Shown here piece after piece: positions 1 to 9,800 of a stretch of DNA of 64,000 nt. The notes beneath the pieces were generated by a model that was given only the letters and a program-made list of their open reading frames with translations, did not search any database and was not told where the DNA came from. The translations under genes and the position numbers were made by a program. This DNA is from Tubulanus polymorphus (lineage: Eukaryota > Animalia > Nemertea). Where the stretch lies: positions 6,657,101 to 6,721,100 of the forward strand of contig NC_134035.1 in NCBI RefSeq assembly GCF_964204645.1, in the 5' to 3' direction. Within the stretch, counting starts at the first letter, position 1. Every line of letters starts with the position of its first letter.

Positions 1-114
1 TAAGCCCATTCTAATTGTAGGCAAGTTTATAAATGTTGTTGCCGCCTGGCCAGGATCTACGCATGATTCTCACATATTCCGAACTTCGCAAATTGGACAG
101 TAAGTTTATATAGG

Positions 115-377
115 CAGGGAGTCGGTGTTAATTGAATCGGTTTCACGAAAGGACTTAATTACAAAATTAACTAATTACATAATTAGGCAACTTAATTATG
201 TAATTAGTTATACTATATTCAAAATGGCCGAAAGTACTAATGATCGTGATTTTAGTTAATTTTGTAATTCGTGAAACCGAATCTTAATTGTAATTAACTA
301 ATCATGAAGGAAATTTAATCATGATTTAGGTCATAATTATAATTAAAGTTAATTATGCTTTGTGAAACCGGCCCCTG
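115..377. mobile_element. Degenerate MITE remnant (possibly PIF/Harbinger type)
   Basis: Imperfect termini cagggagtcgg / ccggcccctg and internal inverted ggtttcac / gtgaaacc motifs around an AT-rich core. Confidence 0.35.
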
Positions 378-770
378 TTGATAAATAGAGCACAGCTTTC
401 TTCTACTCAAGTCTTCTAGTCGTTGATCATTACGAAAGCCTAGCTTTCCGATTCGTTTCAGCGAGTCTTCGGCACTGGTTGGCAGAGGTCAAGTGCAAGC
501 AACCTCTCAAAAAATTCCTTAATTCCGAAAGAAATGCATTCGAATAAGGTTTTTTTTAAAGTTGAGAATGATTTCTTTTATTAAATCTAACTAACAATAT
601 CTGTATGTGTGTACAGATATCAGAATAACAGATAAATTCTACTACATACAACCACTAATAAAATATAGAGAGCAAGTTAGTAATCTTTCATATAAATGAA
701 TAAATTATCGATTTTGTTTTAATCACAAGTGCCATGAGTTCATACATAAATGTCAGTTTTCGTTTATGAT

Positions 771-1319
771 CTACTTATCAGAAGATTGAACTGGTCTGTA
801 ACAGCAGCTACAACAGAACGACGCCTCACAAATTGACACAATAAATCCTACTAAGAACAGCACGACTTTAATGATGGCCGTCGCATAAATGGTCGACAGA
901 TTATTGGAACCGAGCGCGATCATAATCGTAATGGCACCCGCGTCGATTCCAGCGACGATGACTGCGACAGGTGCGATAATCGCCGCGAAGATCGACATTA
1001 CCAACGCGCCAGTGACGGCACCTGGTCCGCATCCACCACACTGCGCCCCGACCGTACAACCTAGGATACCGGCGATCAGCAAGAAAATACCTCCCCACAT
1101 TCCAGTGAAAGCTCCTCCGTGACTGAAGGCGGCAATTTCAGCGATATTGACGATGAGCACCACAGCACCGCATAATACGTTTATCACACCGCAGGCTAGC
1201 ACCGAGCCTCTTTTCACTTCCTTCGGTTCTTGTCCTTGTTGTTGTACGATGATGACCGTCTGACCACCTGATTTGGTGGCATCGTAATGGCCTTCACCTT
1301 CAGCTGGTTGCACATTCAT
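771..1319 (-). CDS. CD20/MS4A-like four-pass membrane protein (182 aa, single coding exon)
   Basis: Four hydrophobic segments, the MS4A-type motif G.WGG.F...G, and a Cys-rich C-terminus (FCCSCCY). The ATG directly follows an acceptor (tttcag|ATG). An upstream 5'UTR exon donor (gaag|gtaaga) at 1634 gives intron 1320-1634. AATAAA on the minus strand at 577-582. Confidence 0.75.
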   Translation of the reverse strand: MNVQPAEGEGHYDATKSGGQTVIIVQQQGQEPKEVKRGSVLACGVINVLCGAVVLIVNIAEIAAFSHGGAFTGMWGGIFLLIAGILGCTVGAQCGGCGPGAVTGALVMSIFAAIIAPVAVIVAGIDAGAITIMIALGSNNLSTIYATAIIKVVLFLVGFIVSICEASFCCSCCYRPVQSSDK

Positions 1320-3316
1320 CTGAAATACACATAGAACCAGGTATATAGACTAAGTGAGAGAATTTGGATAATGAATTAACGAATAGGAAATGAAATTGTT
1401 TTCGGATAAAATGAACCATCTAGATTATTTGAATGAAAAATGTAATAGAATGTAATAAATTTCCAACCTTACTAAAATAAATGTTCACTTTTTGGATTAA
1501 TATTTCCACGGAAAATGTTCATTCTTAAAAGTTTCATATTTCAAATTCACTTTTGATTCAAAAAGTAAAACGCTGTTTAACTTAATAAACTCTAGCACAA
1601 GATCGCCATGAAATATGATAAGTATGTTTCTTACCTTCAAGATGCGGATACGTCTGTATCTGCCTTGGTCCTTTTAGATTATGATTGCGATCTTCGAGTC
1701 CAGTAAATCTATGTAATCCAACCCACAGTACCCCTGGTTACAAACAGGAGTGGACGGGCGGGCCATTTCGGGCAAGAATTCACGATTATACTATTTATTC
1801 GACATCGGGTCAGTTAATAGAACATTTTCAACAACGCGTGAATTATGCTTTTGTTCGTAAACGAAATGTTAACAGCAACGAGAGTGTTTACAGTTACGAC
1901 TAGGTGGTATCTAAGTACAAATCAACAATAATCACGATGATCTTTTTATTTTCCAGACATCACACTTTTCCAAAGCTAGTGATGGCAATCGATTCTGTCC
2001 TCTGAATATTGTTGGAAAAAATTCTTAAACTATTCTGCTATTTTACATGATATTTATGGTTATGATTAACGAATAAGACTAGTAGTAACACATAGTGCGT
2101 CAGTCGAATTCACACATATCAATTCGCCATGTTTAGTATGTAAGCAATTGTATAAATGAAGAAAATATGAATCCAGGTAGTAATAAATGTGGTGAAAATG
2201 CCATTGGAAAGACTACCAAAAGCAAATATGCAGAGAATTAGATGAACATGATTATTTATTGACATTGGACATTGTAGGTAATGGAAATTAAAAACCCACG
2301 GAAGCGTCTAAGGGTCATGATCAATTTTTTTTTCAAAAGGATTTTTCTGGAACTTAATTTTTTCCAAAACCGAATAATATAACATATTTTCCTGTCCAAA
2401 CGAAAAGAAATAAAGTCCCCAATTTGAATATATTGTGACAGCAGGAAATCGCAATGCTGCATCGAAAATTAACGTAATAAGAAAAATACGTAGCTAAATC
2501 GCTGGTTGGAAACCACGATTGCTCAGTAATTGTAACAACAGTAAGAATTCCTTGCTCCTTGACAATGTGCCAGTTAAACTTGCCTTTATTATCTCATTAT
2601 TCATTATTTACTATGAGGGATTAGAATCGAAAACGTTTCACGGACAAAGGTTGCTAAGTGTACCGTATAAGTTAATCTAAGACTTACTTTACAGCACATG
2701 GCTATGATTTATTAACTACCTTACTCGCTTATATTCATTAATTGATGTTGTTAACGTTGATATGGCAACATCCGACGGTAATACTAATAATTATCACTGC
2801 GGACGGTGTATTGTCATTGTACGCATGGGGTCAACACTACGGAAGCGATAGTAATAGGGATAATAGGGGTTCAGGCCAAAGGTCGAAGGGTCGAGCTCAT
2901 AAAAAATAAAAAATAAATTCTCGCACGCTCGAATTTATTTTTCATTTTTTACTCGCTCGCCCCTTCAACCTTTGATATGAACCCCTATTATCCCTATAAC
3001 TCTTAAAATATTCATATAAATGAACATTATTTACATGAATTTCATATATTTCAAAATCATTTATATGTTAATTACAAAAGTGTGAGTAAAGTGCAAGTAA
3101 TAATTCATATTTTAACAGATTTCGAATAAAAATATTAGTAAAATAAATGGATAACTAAAAGAGTATAAAAGTGTGAGTAAAGTGTGAGTGAAAAAGTTTA
3201 TATTTTAAACATATTTCAATATTTATATTTGTATGAGTTAGATTTCTAAACATTAAAAGTGTCAGTAAAGTGTGATTGAAATAATTCATATTTTAACATT
3301 GAATATTTATATTTGA

Positions 3317-3562
3317 ATGAGTTTTAATGAAAGTTTTGTTATAAAAATGAAGACAGAAGAAGAAGAACCCAAATTCAAAATCGAAATAAAAGAAACCAAT
3401 GAATTATTTTCACTGTTTAACATTAAAAATTATATTTCAGCAACAAATTTAGTGTCCGCAAGGTATTATAAAATTGATAACATTACTATGATTAATCAAA
3501 TATCATCAAATGAAACATATTTAATTACTGAACTAATTGATACTTTTGATAATGGTGTTTAA
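3317..3562 (+). pseudogene. Truncated copy (81 aa) of the 222-aa ORF, carried in the left TIR
   Basis: Matches residues 1-81 of ORF 5207-5875 except for 3 substitutions. An AAA>TAA stop lies at the inner TIR boundary. Confidence 0.85.
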
Positions 3563-4320
3563 AATCCAAATAATAGATTCAAACAAAAAAACAATACAAT
3601 TGAATAAGCTAGTGTTGTTAAAGTAACTTATTGTTTTTTTTAATGTTTTTCTAATATTTCTTATTAATATTAAATTACTTTACATTTGACTAGAATAATA
3701 CTAGAATTATAATAGGTTTCTTTATCTAATACTAAGTTAGTTGGTTTATTGTTTTTTTATTTGAATCTATTCAAAATATTATTTAACCCAGTTAACAAAT
3801 AGAAACAATAACTTAGTATCAATTTAAAGAATTATATCATAATTTAGTGCTGCGTATAGAATATAATATTCATCTGATAGATTCATAGAATTACTATAAA
3901 ATTAATATATATATTTGAATATAATTTGTACCTTTCGAGTGTTGAAATGTAGATTATATTAGTTAAAAATATGAATAGGATAAATCTGTGAAGACATAGG
4001 GTATATTTGAATATAATACCCCTGTGTCTTTATGTCATTAGTACTTTTAGTACATAAAGAATAAATCTTTATATCATTAGTAGTTGAAAAATAAAAATCT
4101 AAGTACTAATAAAATAAATATTTATTCTTTATGTACTAAAAGTACTAAAACTACTAAAGACAATAAAGACATAAGGGGGTATTATTTGAAATATTATATA
4201 TCTTCACAGATTTATGTAATTTCTCAACCACTTAATGAAGATTCAATGTATTGTTCATTATTTGGGTCATTGTTCCATAATTCAATGAATTTCTTTGCGC
4301 ATAATATGTATTTAAAACAT

Positions 4321-4430
4321 TAATACGTATTTAATACCATTAATACGTATTTAATACGTATTTAATACGTATTTAATACGTATTTAATACGTATTTAATA
4401 CGTATTTAATACGTATTTAATACATTAATA
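4321..4430. repeat. 11-bp tandem array (TAATACGTATT)n, about 9-10 units
   Basis: Read directly from the sequence. The core AATACGTATT is a perfect palindrome. Confidence 0.9.
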
Positions 4431-4507
4431 CCTCAACCCCCCTTTTTCAATTAAATGATATTTCAGTCAATATTTTATACATTTCAGCTAATTTAACAGT
4501 CTTATTC

Positions 4508-4813
4508 TCAATTTGAATTATGCAATTTCTCATCTAATTCATGAATATAAATGTGATTTCTCAAACTCTTTTTATTTTTATATCTTTTATTACATACTTC
4601 ACAACACTTAATATTATTCATTCGATCTGAAATATAATTTATGTTATCTTTCAATTCTGTATATCTAATTTTACAGCTATCATTAAATTCTAACAACTGT
4701 TTTATAGTATAAACTGAGAATGAAAATAAACCTGAAATCATAATAATTGATTTAATATTCTGTTGATTTTTATATATTAGATGTAATATTTCTAATACCT
4801 TATTTTCACTCAT
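4508..4813 (-). CDS. Element-borne 101-aa protein with a C2H2 zinc finger
   Basis: CEVCNKRYKNKKSLRNHIYIH fits C-x2-C-x12-H-x3-H. ATG start, co-oriented with the neighbouring ORFs. Confidence 0.65.
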   Translation of the reverse strand: MSENKVLEILHLIYKNQQNIKSIIMISGLFSFSVYTIKQLLEFNDSCKIRYTELKDNINYISDRMNNIKCCEVCNKRYKNKKSLRNHIYIHELDEKLHNSN

Positions 4814-4860
4814 TTTTATGGTTAAAATATATAGAATAAATTAAATTAAAAGGTGCTGTT

Positions 4861-5082
4861 TTAATCCTCTAATTCTTTTAAATCATTAACTTTTTTATTG
4901 TTATTCTTTCTGTGATTGTTTCCATTTAACTTCTTTAATTTCTTGCTCAATTTTATATTTTCATTCATCAAATCTTTTGGAATATTTTCATAGTAAAAGA
5001 AAAGCGCAGCCAAAATTAATCCTCCTACTACTAAATAATGCTTCAAATCACTTTTCCCAATTGGAATGCTGAAATCATCCAT
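4861..5082 (-). CDS. Element-borne 73-aa single-pass membrane protein
   Basis: Hydrophobic segment YLVVGGLILAALFFYY followed by a basic, coiled-coil-like tail. ATG start. Confidence 0.55.
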   Translation of the reverse strand: MDDFSIPIGKSDLKHYLVVGGLILAALFFYYENIPKDLMNENIKLSKKLKKLNGNNHRKNNNKKVNDLKELED

Positions 5083-5206
5083 TTATTTAAAGAAAAAAAT
5101 TAAAAGTAATTTGAAATATCTTATTTTGAATATGAATATTTAGAGTGGAATTATTATTTTTGAGTAATGATATTTGAAATTTTCCAATTACTCATACAGC
5201 TTAATC

Positions 5207-5875
5207 TTATTTCAATATAGAATTATTATTCTTTTCATATTCGATATGTTTGATTGTCTGATAATGCTTTGATTTATGTGATTTTAAATATTTGCCTCCG
5301 CAATTACAATACACTTTTTCATTAGGATTGAATTTTCTAAATTCATCATCTATATTACATTGAACTGCGACATCTTTGAATGATTTTTCATTATCTAATT
5401 CACATTGAATACCAATATTTGATGAATTTTCATTATAGATGATTTGTTTATTATCAAAATTGAAATAATATAATTGTCTTTTTTCAATTCTTAAGTTAAA
5501 CAAATCATTGTAATCTTTAGAAAGTATTATATCACTTTTTCTTTCATTGAAAGGAGTTTTAAGAATATTAATCATGTTTTCATCTAAAGTTCCTTTAAAA
5601 TTTAAAACTGTATTGAATACTTTAGGATTTTTAACACCATTATCAAAAGTATCAATTAGTTCAGTAATTAAATATGTTTCATTTGATGATATTTGATTAA
5701 TCATAGTAATGTTATCAATTTTATAATACCTTGCGGACACTAAATTTGTTGCTGAAATATAATTTTTAATGTTAAACTGTGAAAATAATTTATTGGTTTC
5801 TTTTATTTCGATTTTGAATTTGGGTTCTTCTTCTTCTGTCTTCATTCTTATAACAAAACTTTCATTAAAACTCAT
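5207..5875 (-). CDS. Element-borne 222-aa protein with a C-terminal CxCG...H..T..H zinc finger
   Basis: A 669-nt open frame in very AT-rich DNA. The C-terminus VYCNCGGKYLKSHKSKHYQTIKH resembles zinc-finger tails of Polinton-like and large DNA virus proteins. Confidence 0.7.
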   Translation of the reverse strand: MSFNESFVIRMKTEEEEPKFKIEIKETNKLFSQFNIKNYISATNLVSARYYKIDNITMINQISSNETYLITELIDTFDNGVKNPKVFNTVLNFKGTLDENMINILKTPFNERKSDIILSKDYNDLFNLRIEKRQLYYFNFDNKQIIYNENSSNIGIQCELDNEKSFKDVAVQCNIDDEFRKFNPNEKVYCNCGGKYLKSHKSKHYQTIKHIEYEKNNNSILK

Positions 5876-6895
5876 TCAAATATAAATATTCAATGTTAAA
5901 ATATGAATTATTTCAATCACACTTTACTGACACTTTTAATATTTAAAAATCTAACTCATACAAATATAAATATTGAAATATGTTTAAAATATAAACTATT
6001 TCACTCACACTTTACTCACACTTTTATACTCTTTTAGTTATCCATTTATTTTACTTATATTTTTATTCGAAATCTGTTAAAATATGAATCATTTCTCGCA
6101 CTTTACTCACACTTTTGTAATTAACATATAAATGGTTTTAAAATATATGAAATTCATGTAAATAATGTTCATTTATATGAATATTTTAAGAGTAATAGGG
6201 ATAATAGGGGTTCATATCAAAGGTTGAAGGGGCGAGTGAGTAAAAAATGAAAAATAAATTCGAGCGTGCGAGAATTTATTTTTTATTTTTTATGAGCTCG
6301 ACCCTTCGACCTTTGGCTTGAACCCCTATCATCCCTATTACTAGCGATAAAGGGCCTCGAGTTGTCGCGTTCCAACTCGATAAGTCGCCATATTTATGTC
6401 GGCATATCGCGATATATCGCGTCAAGTCGACATGAATTTGTCGACATATCGTGACGTTTTCACGACAAATTTCGCTTTTTCGCCCATTTTCCGTGGGACA
6501 AGCCGTCATTTGAAGACACGTCGAAATGTAAGATGAGGACGCCAGTGATATGACGACTGAGTTTCAAGTCGTCATGAATATGTCGACTTGTCGCGAGGAA
6601 AATGGTCGTGAAAACGGAATATTTCGTGAAAACGTCACGTCATATGGTGACTTGGCGAGTTGGAACGCGACAACTCGAGGCCCTTTATCGCTTCCGTAGA
6701 AGGCAGTATTCTGGAATGAACTTATTTTTTCATGTGATTGGTGACATCTGATTCATGCTGATAAGATAGTGACGCATTTGCGTGGTGTGATTGCGACAAT
6801 GCTAAAGTTCGCCTGGCGATGTATTTAAATATACAGACGTATTGTTTTGAGCATTCTTAATAATATTAACATCGTAAAGCAAAGATATCGAAGAT

Positions 6896-9800
6896 ATGTA
6901 TCCACATCACAACCACCACCATCATCATCACCATCATGATTCATACCTAGCGCATCAAGCGAATCGTGCCCACAGGGTAAGTGTTATCTTAACGGCTTTT
7001 GTACACATTTCTTTGAAAATGAATTTCTTCATCACCAGCTTAAACTCTTCATGATTCTGTACGAAGATTCAGTTTCTCATGGGTGAACACATTGTGGAAA
7101 CTAAACCTTGGCTCCCATGCAGTTTCAGGGTAAAGATTTACGCGTCTTGAATAGCTCTAATTTCTTCATTGGTTCAGTCATAGACAATAGTTTTCTATAT
7201 TTTTCTACATTCGATGGTTCAGATCCCTGCTAAAACGATTGAATTGGTTTAGACTTAATCCTATCTTGTAAAAGCGTCGCGATTGAAGTGAAACGTGCAA
7301 ACTAATTCGGATTATGTGTCGATGAAAATCGCTGAACAAGCAAATCAGAACAGATCGACGGCTAAAATTAGAGTGAATTAGAATTAAACTGACATATTTA
7401 CGTACTCTCATTAAGCAGTGGACCAGAAAGTATGTTTGTAATAACAGACAGTAGTTAGTTATATCCAGCATGATATGATTAAAAATGTTCTATTTGGGAC
7501 AGAATTCTAGGTTTGTAATTAGCGATTAATCGTTATATCCTAGGTCGTTATAATGCGGTTCAAACATGCTGATATGACAATGAATATGTTTTTCTAAAAT
7601 CGTTTGTAGACCCATACTTATAATGATAATACATAATAATAGAGAGGACTTATATAGAATATTTCATCAGAAAAATCAATTACGTTTTTCAACTCTCAGC
7701 AGTCTTTCAACTTCCGGGCAGTCATCTGGATATAAACATTTATACGGAATTCCAGAGAAAAAGGGCAATTATACAAAACTAAATTTTGTGTTTTAGGAAG
7801 AGGAAAAAGCAGAACGTAAGGAAGCCCGTCTTCATGACAAAGCAGTTAATGCCGCGCTTCATGGACATTTCTTAAAAGCCGTAAATCTAGAGGTAAATTC
7901 ATTGCGGAAACACCTTAACCCTCCGATTGATAACCGAAATAAATGTGATTTCGATGTAACCCATACTTGCCAGATGTTATTGGTCACCGTGTGGTAGGGT
8001 CCTCCAAATCTAAATTCCTAAATCCCCAACACCGACAACAAAATACAAAACGCAACCACAAAATAAAAAGTAAAACCTAACTTGAGATGTCTCAGCAGTG
8101 AAAAATGGCTCAAAGTTATGGAACAAATCATGATTAGGATTTTAGAAAGATTCCCATGAAATAACTCAAAAGATTTAACTCTAGAAACTTTTAAATTAAA
8201 CGATTAGATAATTCCAATTTACTGCTGATCACTCAAGTTTACCCCGTACAGCCCACGTAAAGTTTTGAATTTTCAAGGAAAGTGCCAAATGAAAATGATG
8301 GATATTTCCTTTTCGGTGAAAGGATTCACCGGAACTTCAGTGCAAACTGCGGTTGCAGAGCTGCTCTAAGACACCCTTACTGTGTGACCCCATATACAAT
8401 AATAAACTTAGTAACTACTGGTTACATCAAGGCCGTTGTAACTATAGATAGGAGTGACAAAAAAACGCTTTAACACTACGTATATCAATACAAAACTATG
8501 TACCAGCTACCGTGGGAGAAATAATGGGCCTTGAAATTTGGCGTGGTAGTCGTCAATCATTGTATAAACTAATGCAACGGGCATAAACGTTATAAACGGG
8601 CATTTCATTTATGGACTATGATGTTGTATCAAACCAATTTAACAGTACATACTATTCATGTAGTCACAGTTAGTAGACTCGTACCTACATCACAAGATAA
8701 AGTCCCTTAACAGCTCACGATAGGTAGAACACAATATCCGTGTTGACGCGATGAGGAGAGAATCCCACAATGATAATAAAAAGTCCGAAGATGAAACTTC
8801 GAGATAGTAGTTTATTTCAACGTTTCGACTATATCCTAATAGTCATCTTCAGGAATAATGAGATACTACAGAAATTATGAGATATATATACAATCCAGAG
8901 ACAAAGAGACTAATTCTATTTTAGCGTGTAACTGTTTCTACGTTAATTTTCCTTTAGTTTGTATCATCTCTGATTACTTGAATTAGTCTCTTTGTCTCTG
9001 GATTGTATATATATCTCATAATTTCTGTAGTATCTCATTATTCCTGAAGATGACTATTAGGATATAGTCGAAACGTTGAAATAAACTACTATCTCGAAGT
9101 TTCATCTTCGGACTTTTTATTATCATTGTGGGATTCTCTCCTCATCGCGTCAACACGGATATTGTGTTCTACCTATCGTGATCATGCTACCCACGGATCG
9201 AAATATCGTATTAAAATTCTTCTTCTTCACGTTCCCGTACCTCGTCGCTAGCTTCCGAAATTATGAGAAATGCTATATCAAATCCAGGACTGCTAAAAGT
9301 AAAGTCAAGTTCCTTCAGGAGTGTTATGCCGAAAAAGTGGTTCCGCGATCACTTTCTTGGATTTGGAAATACGACTCCAGCTCTGCGTTTCCACCCGGAG
9401 CTAACAAGCAACTCAAATTCGCTATAGATCGTGCTAAGGAAGACTGTAACTATCAGTTCTACAAATTCCGTCAATCTCAAAATTATTTGAAGTCACACGT
9501 ACCGGACCTATTCCTCTGGAAATCGCTCTCCACTATTGTTCAAGGCTCTGGAAAATATCATCAGCACAGAAAGTCCGTGGATCTTACCAACCAACTGAAT
9601 AAACTCATTGATTCCAGCCCTTGGACTAGATTTAGCAACACCGAAAACATAGTAAATTTGTCTTCAACCACGTTATCTTCTACTCAGTGTCAACTTCTCG
9701 GCTACGGTTTGAATTTTTCTCTTCCTCATCAAGATAAACATGTTTTAGACTTTGTCACCCAATTGGAATATCGCAAATCATCTCCGAACAGTTTGGACTA

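Larger units (their letters stand above)
2850..6342. mobile_element. Non-autonomous Polinton/Maverick-like element (3493 bp)
   Basis: 6-bp TSD AGCGAT (2844-2849 and 6343-6348), 5'-AG...CT-3' termini, and 718-bp TIRs (2850-3567 and 5625-6342). The interior is very AT-rich with intronless, tightly packed ORFs. No pPolB, integrase or capsid ORF is present. Confidence 0.75.
2837..6699. mobile_element. Short MITE (about 365 bp) interrupted in its left TIR by the Polinton-like element
   Basis: After removing the insert, the left end reads CTACGGAAGCGATAAAGGGCCTCGAGTTGTCGCGTTCCAACTCG. Its exact reverse complement lies at about 6656-6699. Confidence 0.8.

Noticed and set aside
4084-4323. 79-aa plus-strand ORF in the mini element
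   Set aside because: Non-ATG start, overlaps a hairpin arm, and has no recognisable motif.
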